The notes below the pieces were generated by a model, which saw only the letters and a list, made by a program, of their open reading frames with translations, searched no databases and was not told where the DNA came from. A stretch of 61,831 nucleotides of DNA, filler included, from Sphacelaria rigidula (Eukaryota), in NCBI GenBank assembly GCA_964200075.2. It is 8 parts of 8 records of this genome, joined end to end, with 100 filler letters (N's around TTAATTAATTAA, not from the genome) between each part and the next. Parts side by side here need not be neighbours in the genome. Positions count along the whole stretch, not along the records: positions 46,450 to 54,090 come from CAXNAA020013973.1; positions 54,191 to 61,831 come from CAXNAA020013974.1; 6 more parts are not named here. One strand, written 5' to 3'. Both the position numbers and the translations under genes were made by a program. Positions 49,487 through 61,831 of this stretch are shown one piece after another; the stretch's first letter is position 1; the number at the start of each line of letters is the position of its first letter.

Positions 49487-52400
49487 AACCCATGCCCTAC
49501 GCGTTCAGCTCCGGTGGACAGCAGGGCACCAGATTGCGTGGACAGACAAACACCGATCCCTTGCTGCTCGCCGAGTACGGCGAAGGTCTGTGGCCCTTGA
49601 AGTGGGCATACGAGAAGGGAGAGATGCACCCCAATGGAAACTACAAGGATCCCCCCGGCATCGAAGTGCGCAAAGGAGTCTGCGGCGATCCTCGGCAGGA
49701 TTCTGCTCCGGTGCGTGGTGGTGTTTGGCGGGGTATGTGTTGTTGACTGGGTGTTTCGATATTGCGATTCGGGCTGGGAGCCCACAGTTATGGTACATTG
49801 CTGGTTTCGGCTTTTTGGAGTGGGCGTTGTGACTCCGTGTCAATCGCATACGCGCGCGCGTGTGTGTATGTGTGTGTGTGTGTGTGTGTGGTGTTTTAGA
49901 GTCGTGAATTTCCGGTACGAGTCTGTTTGTACGGTTTGGGTTGGAAAAAGACTCTCCCATTGCGTGTTTCGTCTCTGCGTACCTCTTATGCCGCGTGCTA
50001 CTGAGGATCAGGGCGGGCGCGAAGGCTTGACTTTCAAGCTCCGGGTCAGGCAGGATGGCATTTTGATGCGCGATATTCGTATTTCCCCGTCCCCCCAACA
50101 CTGTATTGCCCTTTCACCCCCCCGCGTGGTCAATGGTCAAACGACTAAGGCAAGCAACAAATGAGTACGCCCCCCTCCCCCCCCCTCCTGATTGTTGCAT
50201 ATTCACTGAAGTAAGCATTCAACATTCGTGCGACTGTCCGTGAAGCTCGTGCTACGGTGGAGGGTGGTGCTGTGTTCTTTTTGTTGGCAACCCTTCGACC
50301 TCCACGGTGGGTGATCCGGGTCTCGTACTCATTGTTTGAGTGAAGATGGTGCTGCTTCAGCACATAAATTACCCACCCTACCCTCAAACGTCGACCGCTT
50401 GGCTGCCAAAGTGGGTCATCTACTGAATCCATTATCGTCGTTTAAAACCGAAAAACACGCCGCCCTGATAAGGAGAAAAAGATCGGTGCGTACGACAAAC
50501 GATTTCACGATACGGTGGGAAAACCTCCCGGTAGTTGTGAACATTTCGGCGAAAAGCCGATTCAATATACTGCAACTATTAATACGAAGTTTAGGGGGGG
50601 AATTGGATCACACAGGAACCTTTCGACGATACCCCCCCCCAAAAAAAAACAGCCCTAAAAGTATGACGAAGAAAATGGTCATACAGCACCTCACATTTGG
50701 TTTCAGGCTACATGAAGCGCCTCACATGAACGACATCGGCGAAAACGAACCCAAGCGCGGGAATTCCTAGCTGCTCGTCGTGCTCGGCTTTTTTCATTTC
50801 GATTTACGTGTAGACTTTGCCCCCCCAAATCAGCCACTTTTTGAGAGGGTGCTACCGTAAATAGTGTCATGGCTCGAAATGGAAAAGTCTCCAGGCGAAA
50901 AAATGGTACATACTTGTACCGCAGGGCTAAAAAACATCAAGGCTTGCGGCTGACGCCGCTGCGCCCAACGACTTCAGCCGAAGTAATGTATTTGTCAGTG
51001 GTGAGGTATATGAGGACGTGACGATGATCCTGCTGACGCCGCAGCGCGCACCGAGGGTGATCTCAGCCAAGGTAATATGTTTGTCAGCGGAAGCAATTGA
51101 GGACATTAAAGTGTTCAGCGAATAGTTGAAATTGTCGGCACGAGTCCAAATCCGGATAGTCATGCAGACTTTCACTTGGGTTTCTAAGCATCGGGTTTTC
51201 TGGGGGTGCAGGGGAAAGTTTGTGCCACGCGCGGCACGTGTTGCAGCAATGCGTTTTTATCAACACCGGCGCCGTAGGACAGGTCACCCTGTGGCCGCGT
51301 ATAACGCGGTCATGCCCGAGTGTTCGCTCTGCCCTCGTAGGGGTCAAGATTAGGATGAGCGTTAGAGAGGGATTCTACGGTAGGGGTGGCACCTTTCAGT
51401 CCAAAGCGCTCTGAGGCTGCACACTACAGTGCGGCCCAGATGCTTGCCACCCAGGCACTCCGACAGTGCAGAGTCTCAGAAATAAGAAATGTGCACCCCT
51501 ACCGTAGAGCCCCTCTAGAGTGTTATTGGGTCAGTCGTGGAGGATTCGCGTGTGTTTTTTCACGCCCGAGATGGCAGACAGGCCTCGGAGAGGAATCTCA
51601 ATACTTGCACCACAGGGCTCGATAGAGGACAAAACCAAGTGAATGCGGAGATGAATAGGATGCGCTCCGACGGGAAAACAACGTACCCTAACTGCAAGTG
51701 ATCAAAGCAGTGGTCTATGAGGGATCGAGAGCGCGCGGAATGCTCCACTGCGAGATGTCGAGGGAAAGTTCGCCTGGGGTCCGAAGAAAGTTGTACCGTA
51801 ATGTATCAAATAGTTCACGTCTAAAATTGCCATACATACCCACCACTGAGGGGTGACATCTCGACATCTCTCAGTTCCAGTCTGCTCCCCCGTTTACCTC
51901 CCCATGTTTTTCGAGCTTGATTTACAAATTGGCAAAACCAATGATGATGGCATCGTTAACGCATCTACAGCACGAGCGGCCTAACGCATATGTAGATGAC
52001 TCATCAGATGAACTGGTCGTTTTCTACACCCTCTCCGAACTCAGCTACATCGCAGGTCGATATGACGCGTGCTACATCGGTTGATTTCTCTGACTCGCGG
52101 CTAAATGTTACCAATTTCTCCAAACATTGTAGACCCTTGCTCCGAATCCAGTAACGTAGTCTTCAAGGGTGAACCAATTTCGGTTTGAGATATATCGCTA
52201 TGTCTGGCAGCATTGTTACTTGAATTTGGAGAATACTCTCACACACACCACGTTGGGCAATATATAAAAATTGGAGTGTAGTGGTTTTAGTTTCAGACTA
52301 CTGTATCCCTTGGGTACCACATAAGATTCCATGCCCAAGCATGTGCCCACTGGATAAATCGACTATACAACGAAAATATACTTCATGCCAACTTTAACCC

Positions 52401-53652
52401 ATTGTTGGGCGAGATGCCTGGCCACATGAGCCCTAAAAGAGCCACTCAAAATAGGTAGAGAACAACTGCTTTGAACAGATTGTTCGTGATATGGAGGATA
52501 TATTTTCAAATAATAATGGAGGATCAGAGGTTTTTCGCAACTTCTAGAGGCAATGGCGACCGATTGGGAGCTTTCACGACGGAATTGTTGTGAACGCCTT
52601 CAAAACGCTGTCGGTTTGGTTATTTGGGCGTTCGAATCAGGCAAGATATTTTTCGCCATGATTTATAGGGTTAAGGCATTCAGCTTTTTCAGTCTTTTTA
52701 TCTTTGTCTGAGCACCTCACTTACCGGTGATGACCTGCACGTTTTTTTATTTTATTTTTTTACCCTTGACCGCGTGCGGTGACCGATGTTGAAGCTCTGC
52801 TGTGTGCGAGCTTCGAATCAGTCGCCATCGCCTCTAAAATTGCGAAAAAAACTCCGATTCTCCATTTGAAAACATACCCTCCATCTCACTATCATTTTGT
52901 TTTGGGCCGAACAACATTTCATGGCCATGGGTTGGGGACCACGAATTACGCCGTAAAATGCTGTCGTAAGGGATGGTGCTTACAAAGAGAGAGAAGTTGC
53001 TCAGCTATAAGCTCAGGCTTGGCTGCTTTGCAGGTCGGTCGGCGATACCGTTCCGGAGGGCAACCTCGCGCCCGAATGGTCGAGTGACCCCGTCCAATCG
53101 AACGTGGCAGTTTTGCGCGAGTTCGTCGTTGAGCCATGCTGTAGAAGGGGTTGCACATTTGGACCGAATCTAGATAATTCAGATTCAGCTTTTGTTATAT
53201 ATTTCTCCCAGCGTAACTGTTCTCAGCGTAGAATGTCTCATGATCAAGACGGGATTCGGGAAAACCTTCGTATTTTCACACACAGCACCCCAGGAACTCG
53301 TAGAGCCAGGGCTCTCCGAAATACCCATACACACAACAAAAAGAGCTTCGCCGAGGTTTCCGAGGCTGTCGAATTACCAGAAGATATTTTTCATCAGAAA
53401 AGAGTTGCACTGAAAAGACAAACGGGTTCCCGAAGTTGCCTACTATTTGGCATTCATATCCTTGCTGTGGTCCTTACCCCACCCACCCTGAACGTCCCTT
53501 CTGTACATTACCGTGGCGCAATGGATGATAACCAGGGGACAAACGAAGACGACATCGTCTACGGAACTCCGAATAGGAGGTGGCCGGTGATCAACAAGTA
53601 CCACGAAGGCGATGTGATCATCATCGAGACGGTGTCTATCGAAGTCCACTTG
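49487..53652 (+). CDS. LPMO/chitin-binding type-4-like protein, partial (2 exons)
   Basis: Exons 49487-49710 and 53536-53652 (AG/GT, phase 0) join as ...EVRKGVCGDPRQDSAP/GTNEDDIVYGTPNRRWPVINKYHEGDVIIIETVSIEVHL. This matches the GVCGDP ... Y..G..I......H.G pattern of AA10/AA15-like LPMO domains. Confidence 0.72.
50123..50190 (+). mobile_element. LINE 3'-end fragment (subfamily A) in an intron
   Basis: GCGTGGTCAATGGTCAAACGACTAAGGCAAGCAACAAATGAGTACGCCCCCCTCCCCCCCCC. Confidence 0.78.
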
Positions 53653-53946
53653 GTAAGCACAAATCACCTACATGCTTTAATCGTGCACATCAGGTATCCA
53701 CACAGATCGATGTAAACGGGCATCATAGCATGACTGCATCATGTCAGATGTCATTTTTGTCATGATTATCACGATTGGGATTAAGGAGCGTGCATTTCAC
53801 AAATCAGTGTTTCGTCGACATTGTCATGTGCATCAGCTGTCGTACCAGCTCCATTCTGGGCCCTGATACGCATCTCTACTCTGCGAAACGGGTACTCACG
53901 TTGAAGTGATGAGATATGATGACTCCGGAGAGATCCACCGATCGTG

Positions 53947-54090
53947 AGAGGAGGCGGGGGTTACTCATGATCATACATGCCATAGTCATCTGACCGGGCG
54001 GGGGGGGGGGGCGGACTCATTTTTTGCTTGCCTTAGTCTTGTAACCATTGACCACGCATCCCTTTCGAGACGGCGCACCGGGGTTGGGAG
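53947..54090 (-). mobile_element. Tandem LINE 3' ends (subfamily A then B), each with a C-rich tail
   Basis: Reverse complement: ...CTAAGGCAAGCAAAAAATGAGTCCG-C12-GCCC-GGTCAGATGACTATGGCATGTATGATCATGAGTAA-CCCCCGCCTCC. Confidence 0.72.
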
Positions 54091-54190
54091 NNNNNNNNNN
54101 NNNNNNNNNNNNNNNNNNNNNNNNNNNNNNNNNNTTAATTAATTAANNNNNNNNNNNNNNNNNNNNNNNNNNNNNNNNNNNNNNNNNNNN
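54091..54190. other. Artificial contig spacer
   Basis: N run with TTAATTAATTAA. Confidence 0.99.
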
Positions 54191-54483
54191 ATGTGGAAGG
54201 ATGTCTGACACACTTATGAGCCTCTTTTTTCGTGCAACCAAATACACCCCCCCTATCGTAGGATGACTCAGCGCTTTTCCCACACTTACAGTGACGGTGT
54301 CCAATGCCGTTTTTTGCCGGTCTCATGCCCCTCGATCGCGTAAATACTTTTTCGGCGCATTTTACCGACTCTGTGAGCTCACAGCGCTAAGCGAAACTCT
54401 CGTTTTCCCTGATAACAGGTCCGCCCCCCAGAAAATATTGTCAGCACACAACCTCATTATATAGAATAGCATGTTAGGAGTAA

Positions 54484-54878
54484 GTATATGCACAGAATTG
54501 TCCTAGTAGCGAAGGAACAAAGAGTGAAATTGATACAACGGCGGAATGAGAACTATACAAGGAGGAGCGAGGCGTGTTTGAGGGGGATATATGAATTGCA
54601 AACGAAGATGGCATGGAAGCGTTTAACGCATTAGACAGTAGCGAAAAAACGATCGCTGTACTAGGAGATAGACGGTGACCACAGACGGCGAATCAGGAAG
54701 GGGACAGGGCATGTAAAAGGTTTGTGTGTAATGTCTGAAAGAAACGTAGTGAGCGCCCAAATGTTGGGGGTGTCTTTATTAGGAGTAGGAATGGTGCTCC
54801 GTCTCGCAAGGTATGTTTAATCAATGGTCAAACGCCTAAGGCAAGCAAAAAAGGAGTATCCCGCCCCCCCTGCCCCCC
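54484..54878 (+). mobile_element. 5'-truncated LINE (ORF2 C-terminus and 3' end)
   Basis: Decayed frame ELYKEERGV...FNALDSSEKTIAVLGDR..PQTA...KKRSERPNVGGVFIRSRNGAPSRK..NGQTPKASKK, then a C-rich tail. Confidence 0.78.
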
Positions 54879-56199
54879 GTTAAATGTCCCAGGTGCCTAT
54901 CGTCGGTGATGCCGCCGCCTTTCACTTTGAGGGGGTGCGCTTCTTCGAGGAGGCAGTGGCATGTGTCAATACTTGGAGGTGGGAGGACGAGAAATCGCAA
55001 GGACCGCCCGTAACACGAAGCGGGGAGTGCGGCCGAGACGTTTCATACGACCAGCCACAACCGCCGCCACCATCGCCGCCGGCGGCTGCAGCAGATTCTC
55101 CCACTCTGTCTGGTGGGGAGATGGAGAATTCTCTGGAGTGAAGGCCGGAGTGGGTGCAGAGACCTTGTTCGCGGATGACGTGTCATGTTCCAGTGCGGGC
55201 GTGGGGAAGAAGCGCGGGCGGGAAGGCGATGACCTCGCCAAGGACTACGTCGTTACCAACGCTCACCAGAAAATCTGCACAACTCCTGGCCACCACGCAC
55301 CAAGATGATCAAAAGCGCAGGAAGGCAAAGCAGGACCAGTCGTCGTTTTCAGTCCACAAGACGTGCGCGGAGCTGCCATCGACGCCAAACGCCATGAAGA
55401 GGCCAGGAGAAAACCCAGCGGTAGTAGGTTGCGAGGATTTGGGCAGTGTAGAGCAGGTTTTCGGGCCATTCATGTCCCAAACGCACGCGTGTGCGTCACC
55501 GCCACCGGCGGCAGCACCTTTGGATATTATTGACGATGATCCGGAGCTCTGAAAGCCAGGAATTCATGCACGGGGGGGACGGCGATGTTGTCTTATCTTG
55601 GCGGCAAGCGCGAGAGGCGGAGCGTGCATATTCATGGGTAGGGATGGGGATATCAGGCTCAGGCCTGGTATAAACGTTGCGTGGTGTTTGGAGGTTCTTT
55701 TCCCCCTCTTTCTTGTTTTTCATTTCTTCATTTCGTTGGTTGATGGGGCGGAACGCAGTTGCAAGATCTCGAAGAAAACAAAAACGGATAATCGCAAGAA
55801 TGGAAGTACCTACGTCGACACCACGAATTAAACGAAGAAAAAGTAAGATTGAGTGCCGGAAAATGGAGAAACTGCCGGAGACACAAACGTGAACAAAGGA
55901 CCTCACGCTGTAGACACTGGGCGAGATGAAGGAAAGCAAGACTGCAACATCAGCCAGCGAATACATTTTGTTTCGGTGGAAATATGGGGACCAGTGCTTT
56001 GTTCGGGAGGGGCGCAGAGGAGGTACTGCTACGTGATCGGTCATCGGAAAACGGTGGGTTAAGGAAAAATCAAAAATCAAAGAGACACTACGTTCTTGAC
56101 TGCGATAGAGGGGCCAGCGGCAGTGTTGTCTGTTTGAGCGCTGGACGTCGGGACGAGGGCGTCGCCGCGTCGGTGATTGTTTGGGACGGCACGACGGGC

Positions 56200-58650
56200 G
56201 TTCAGGAGAGCAGTAACAATATCGGTCAGTCAGGGCGCTACTAAGGAAGACGCGGTGATCACAGCGGCGGGGACAGGCCCCAGAGTACACGAAGACTGGG
56301 CATCGCGACCGGACAGGGTTAGGAGTTCGCGGTGAGGGGAACGTGGTCGATAGTCGCTGGAAGAAGAATCAATAGCGCCGCGCGGAGGCTGTGTCGAGGG
56401 GGACCATGACGAGTTCCTCAAACAAGACTGTTCCTAGGACGTCCTCCGCCGCCGGCCCGGCGAGTGACTTTCAGTATGGCGAACATCAGTACTAGATTCG
56501 TCACTGACGACAACAGCTGCGCCATCTTGATCGGCAACCGAGCGGCGCTGGGAGGCTCGAGTCGCATACGGAATCTGACTGTGGACAGTGGTGATAAGCG
56601 TATCTCCGGGTCACGGCTGGTGCGTCCGCCGCTACTTCATATCGTACGGCAGGGCCGCTGACCGTTCTTCAACGACGCGGACCCGACCACAACCGGTGGG
56701 TCCATGAAGATTGGCGTAAGAGCCGGTGGTGCTCACGGAGATAGCGAGGGTACCTTTTCCAGTCCTGCCAAGAGCATCTACGTCGACGGCGGTATGCTCT
56801 CCGTCGGCATGGGGTGTCCATAAGGAGCGTCAGCGGCGGTGCGAGATTGACGGTGGGCACGGGCGGCTACGAGGGAGGCGGTAGGTGGGTATTGTCCGCC
56901 GGCCGAGGTGTGACGGGTATCCTCCTGTCTTTGACGACGGGCACTCGCAGTGGACGCACCGGCAGTGTCATTAGTTTGTCTTCTAGCGCAGGGACAAGGA
57001 CAGTGGGTCTTCAGTGGCTTTTGGAGATGGCGTACAGGACGTGGCTTGCGTGCGAAGGAGAAGCTAAGGTCAACTCTGGACCGTCGGCATCATCTCATCC
57101 GTCGTCGATACTCCAGATGACATCGGCGTGGTGGCCTTCAGCTTCGAACCAGCCGCCGATGGCGACACCGACGATGGCTTGAACGGGGGCGGCGGTGGGG
57201 GGAGGGTGCTGCTACGACGGAAGATTAGTGTTGTGAGTTGCACGGTTGGTCTAGACGATGCTCAGTTCTGCTAGCGACGGCCGTTGTGTTCGCCGTTGGC
57301 TCGCTCGACACGCTGATTGGTTCGGCAAGGAATGATTGATATCAACTTCGAAGTGGCAAGGGCACGGGCACGGCCGGTGGGTCCCTGACGATGCGCTATT
57401 TGATTGATGCACTAGCGACGCCCGAGTCCGACACTGGTGCCCGTTCCAGCGATGCTTGTCTGCAACACATGGGATGCGGTTGACTGATACATCAACGAGA
57501 CGCTCCCGTCGGGCTCCCCGCCACTGGTACACTAGGCGGCGTTGGCGTGGCGATCCTCAGCGCCGGATCCAACACCAACGGCCACAGCCACGCCGTCGCA
57601 GCGCCGCAATACAACAAACGCGCGCACTTACTGGGCTCTGGGCGCTGGCAACGCCCAGGACGGTGACGGGTGATGGGCGCATGTGCCACCCGCGCGCCAC
57701 ACATGGAACGGTCGCCGCCCATTCGTGGGTAACATAGGGGAGATCCCAATCGGGGGACCTTTGGCCATGAGTCAAGCGATGGATGGTGGCAACCCCGAAA
57801 GTGCCTCGATACTTGGCAGCGACGTTAGCACCCCGGCGAGACCCATCAAGAACACGGGTGGCGACGCCTGTCCGTCGGCTCGCTTCCAGTAACCACACCA
57901 CAGACGACACCATAGCTGTTCGGAGCGGGGCCGCGGTCAACTGATACACCAGCGAGACGCTCGTCGTCGGGCTTCCCGCCGCTGGTACGCCGGACGGCAT
58001 AGGCGTGGTGACCTCCAGCGCCGTATCCCCTGTCGACGGAAAGGACGATACTCGTGCGACAAGAGAACGTTCAAGGTCAGTACGTTCGGGGCAATCCGCG
58101 AACCGACGGACGCCATCTATAGAGTGAGAGGTTTGGCGATAGGCTCAAACGTGAGCGTCCAAACCGGACTCACCACAATTGCGGTCGGGGACACTCGACT
58201 GCCGGTCGCGGACAACGATCAAACCAGGGACGACGCGGAGATCGTTCCGCGTGAAATTGTGACAAGCTCACACCGCACGACGGTCACCATCGCCCCTACC
58301 GCCGCCTGCACTCCTCAAGACGGCGGCATGAATGCTATGAGCTCTGGCGACGGCGGTTCGATGTTGATCGGATCCACTCAGGGCAGTGGGAACCAGCTAC
58401 CAGGACACAGGTGTCGATTTGACATCTTCAGCGGGGCTCGGCGTGACTGGAGCTCCTGTCTCGTTGACTGCGATCGCGTTTAGTAGAGCACGCACCGAAA
58501 ACTCCCTCGCCATCCATTGTTCAGCGACACAAGTGCCGGCTTCCGCCGTGACTGCAAGTGTTGGGTTGCTTGTTGTCGGCGCTCGACATTTTTGGGCGTG
58601 AAACTGGATTCGAAAGAGCGACAATGCAGTGAGTAGTAGCCACAACATCC
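56200..58650 (-). pseudogene. Decayed GC-rich Pro/Ser/Ala-rich coding-like region (possible retroelement ORF1)
   Basis: Coding-like composition without a long intact ORF, and an internal ~80-bp duplication (57496-57570 versus 57953-58028). No domain recognised. Confidence 0.3.
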
Positions 58651-59460
58651 ATGGTACTAACTAGTGAGCGACAGTCGATGATCATGATTCATGAAAGTGT
58701 GCTGCATGTTTCCCAGCGACCCTCCTGTGTCGACGCGACTTGTTTGGCGGGGGAACCCAGTAGGCAAATACTCTTTGACGCCTTAGGGATTCTTCAGTGG
58801 GGTTGACGTTCGGTGCTCCCCTTCAGTAGCACGCGCACTTCAACGTTCGCGATGTACATCTGTACCGCTCGAATGCATGAAGTTTGATCCCGCTGATGCA
58901 AACGCCCCCATGAAGTATGTTTGAAACACCCAACTGTGGGAACCAGTACGTTCTACCGAGACAGCCTGAAAATATTCTGTATTCGGTTTTCCATGCTGGT
59001 AAGCCACGAAAGCGATATAGTCTACCCCTCCCTTTACAGTAGACACGGGTACAATATTTGACCATCACACTAGGTTCGACTAGAGGGTGCGTAAAAACGA
59101 AACTCGCCAGCCATGCATTGCTTGTATAGTCTTTGACGCATATGCTCGTCATACCGCGAACACCTCCTCATCCTTCCGAATGAAACCTGGGGGCACTGGC
59201 GCGTAAATCCATGCTATGACACCATACTTGCCTGCCGCTCGTACGTTTATATACGTACGTGTTTTGCACCTGCTGCTCGCGATCCAGTTGTGCCGAACCA
59301 CGCCCAAGCTCTTGCGAGTAAGTAGGGGATCGAGACGAAGAAGAAACAGTCAAGGTGCGTGGTCGAGACGGGGATGATGTCTTGCAGTGGTGATGTCTCC
59401 GGTACGATGACGGCACGACCGAAGATCCCGGAGCTTAGGAACCTGCTGCTGTTCACAGCC

Positions 59461-59462
<2 letters not shown>

Positions 59463-59548
<86 letters not shown>

Positions 59549-59549
59549 G
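59463..59549. repeat. (TTG)29 microsatellite
   Basis: Perfect trinucleotide run. Confidence 0.97.
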
Positions 59550-59923
59550 CGCAGTGAATATTGCAGGTTCTTCGGCATTTTCATGAATACTATCGACTGA
59601 TGATAGGCATGCCGTTGGTGTTGTTGATATTGATGCTGATAAACATGTACGAACACTGGACATTTCTCGTTACTACCACGCCCAGGAGCCGGAAATGGGC
59701 CACGATATGAGCATGGAGGTGGGAGGCGGTTGCAGTGAGATTCTATAATAGTGCAGTCGAAGGCGGGCTCGCTACGAGATCAGCAGGGGATAGAGACAAA
59801 GAAGAAACAGTCAAGGTGCGTGGTCGGAATGGGGGTGGCGTGTCGCAGCGATGATGTCTCCGTTACGATGGCGACTTGACCGAAGGTCGCCGAGCTCAGG
59901 AGCCTGTTGGTGTTCATAGTCAA

Positions 59924-60106
59924 TTGTTGTTGTGGTTATGGTTGCTGTGGTTGTTGTTGCTGTTTTTGTTGTTGTTGGGGTGGTGGTGGTGGTGGTGGTG
60001 GTGGTGGTGGTGGTGGTGGTGGTGGTTGAGGTTGCTGAGGTTGCTGTGGTTGAGGTTGCTGTGGTTGAGGTTGCTGTGGTTGTTGTTGTTGTTGTTGTTG
60101 TTTTGT
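59924..60106. repeat. Compound (TTG)/(GTG)/(GTTGAGGTTGCT) microsatellite
   Basis: Directly visible. Confidence 0.95.
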
Positions 60107-61831
60107 TAATCCTAGTGTCTACGTACGAATCTCTGAGGATCACGTCCATTCTGCCTATCTCTACCTTACCATTTTTTATCACTTTGTTTATGATTGCACC
60201 CCAAGAACAGTGTTTCGAGATCTCTACTCCGAGGTGTGTATACTGTTCTACAACCGGCAGTTCCTCTTCTCCCTACTTCCACTTGAACTTTACCGGGTTT
60301 TTCTTATCTCCGTTACAGGCGAGTACCGCGCACTTGATAACATTTGCTGTTACTCTCCATTCCCTAGTGTATTCTAGCGCCTTGTCTATCTGTTTTTACA
60401 TTCCTTCTGCTCTTCATAAAATCCCCACAAAATCATCTGCGGATATCAAACCTGATATCACATCTTCACCGACGTTGGCTCCTTGATTTGCTGCTTCTAT
60501 TGCTAGGACCAGGTCATCAATAAACCCCTTGAGCAAAGTAGGTGATAACGTACACCCTTGTGCAACTCCTTTGAGAACATCGAATTTTTCGATATCTCCC
60601 CGTCTGGCATCAAGGCACTTTCGGCGCATTCTGTCATCTTCTTTACCATTCTCCACATTTTTCCCCTGATCCCAGCTTCCCACAACTTCTTCCACAGCTC
60701 ATTTCTCCATACTGTGTCGTAAGTCTTTCGCACATCCAGAAAGAAACAGTACGTTGTCAACCCGGCGTCTTCCCTACCTTCAATAATCTTACTTAGTTTG
60801 TACACATGATGTACGCAACTACAGTTTCGTCTGAAACCTGCTTGTCCCTCGCTGATTTTCTGTTCCTTTCCTAGCATCGTTCCTCCTCTATCGTTCAGAA
60901 TCTTACAGAATGTTCTCCCTACCGTGCTCAGTAGCGTTATCCCTCTACAGTTCCCCAGGTCAGTCTTGTCTCCTTTTTTCAAAAGATTGACGACTACTCC
61001 TCTCTCCATCTCTAGGGTGTGTACTCGATTTCCCAGATCCAGTTGTACAGCACAACCATCATGGTAATCATTCCATTCCCCCCCATGCTTCAGAAATGTA
61101 CTCACTATTCCGTCTGCCCCTGCTGCTTTTTGTTCTTGAGCTTTGCTACGCACTCCCTTACTTCATCTCTGGTAAGCTCTTTTTGCCATTCTTTCGAGCC
61201 CCTATCCTCCCGTTTCGACGTCTCTACATTTGCTTCTACCCACTCGTTGATCTCTTGTTCAAATTCCGTGTCGAACTTCGTGTTCGTTTTTGGCGTTCCT
61301 AGTTTACGGTAGTGTTTGACTAGCACTTTTCTCCTCCCTTTCGAACTGCTGACTATTTTACTGTTCTGTGCCCGGAGTGTGGCTACCACTTTGTCTATCT
61401 TGCTTGCCTGGTTTCCTAGTCCCTTCCATCCCTGCCCACAATTGTTTCATCCCGCCATCGAAATCTTCATTCATTTTATTCACTACATCTTCCCATACGT
61501 CCTTCTTTTTCCTTTGTACCATCTTTTTTACTTCCTTCCGAGCTTTAGTATACTCCTTCGATCCTCCTGTACTTTTGCTCGACATCCATCTGAAGTGGGC
61601 CTCTCTCCTTACTCTGATAGCTTCTTTCACTTCCTCATCCCACCATTTTACTGCTCTGTTGCATACGAGCCGTTTCTTCCCCATGACTTTACTCGCTGTG
61701 TTCTTGACCATCTGCTCCCATCCTTCTACAATCTTCCACACCATGGACAATACAACATGTGACGCTAGCAGGTCTGCTAGTACTGCAGCGTCTAAATGCT
61801 GTTGAGGGACTCCCCAGCTCTTCTGGCCTCA
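60107..61831 (-). mobile_element. Degenerate LINE ORF2 (linker plus reverse transcriptase)
   Basis: KWWDEEVKEAI; KAAG.DGI; KKGDK..LGNCRGITLLSTVGR.F.KIL; EGQAGFR; FLDVRKTYDTVWR; GVAQGCTLSPTL; ISADDFV; YTHLGV. Several frameshifts. Confidence 0.93.

Noticed and set aside
54884..55673. Exon-like ORFs after the LINE C-tract
   Set aside because: A plausible acceptor exists at ~54892, but the frames are short, shift repeatedly and show no recognisable domain.
59247..60486. PolyQ, polyC, polyN, polyT, polyV and polyW ORFs
   Set aside because: Translations of microsatellites, not genes.

Overview
This window is not one locus. It is eight unrelated ~7.64-kb contigs joined by 100-nt artificial spacers (N44-TTAATTAATTAA-N44): 1-7642, 7743-15384, 15485-23126, 23227-30867, 30968-38608, 38709-46349, 46450-54090 and 54191-61831. 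The DNA is eukaryotic, repeat-rich and intron-rich; a brown alga or related stramenopile is my inference from gene style, not a proven assignment. Three spliced host genes can be assembled by hand with phase-consistent GT-AG introns. They are an atypical protein kinase (- strand, at least 7 exons, 17974-22559), a GTPBP1/2-family translational GTPase with large insertions (+, at least 7 exons, 24150-30867) and two exons of an LPMO/chitin-binding-type-4-like gene (+, 49487-53652). The rest is mostly mobile DNA. There are two related Ty3/gypsy chromoviruses: one decayed, and one complete 4.06-kb copy with 98.8% identical LTRs that has lost RT/RNase H and the integrase core and has no tRNA PBS. 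A LINE family ends in C-rich rather than A-rich tails. tRNA-derived SINEs, several foldback/MITE elements, a helically phased 42-bp palindromic array and microsatellites are also present. I found no prokaryotic-type system (CRISPR, operon). The best novelty candidates are the C-tailed LINE, the gag-protease-only non-autonomous chromovirus, the 21+21-bp phased palindrome array and the divergent kinase.
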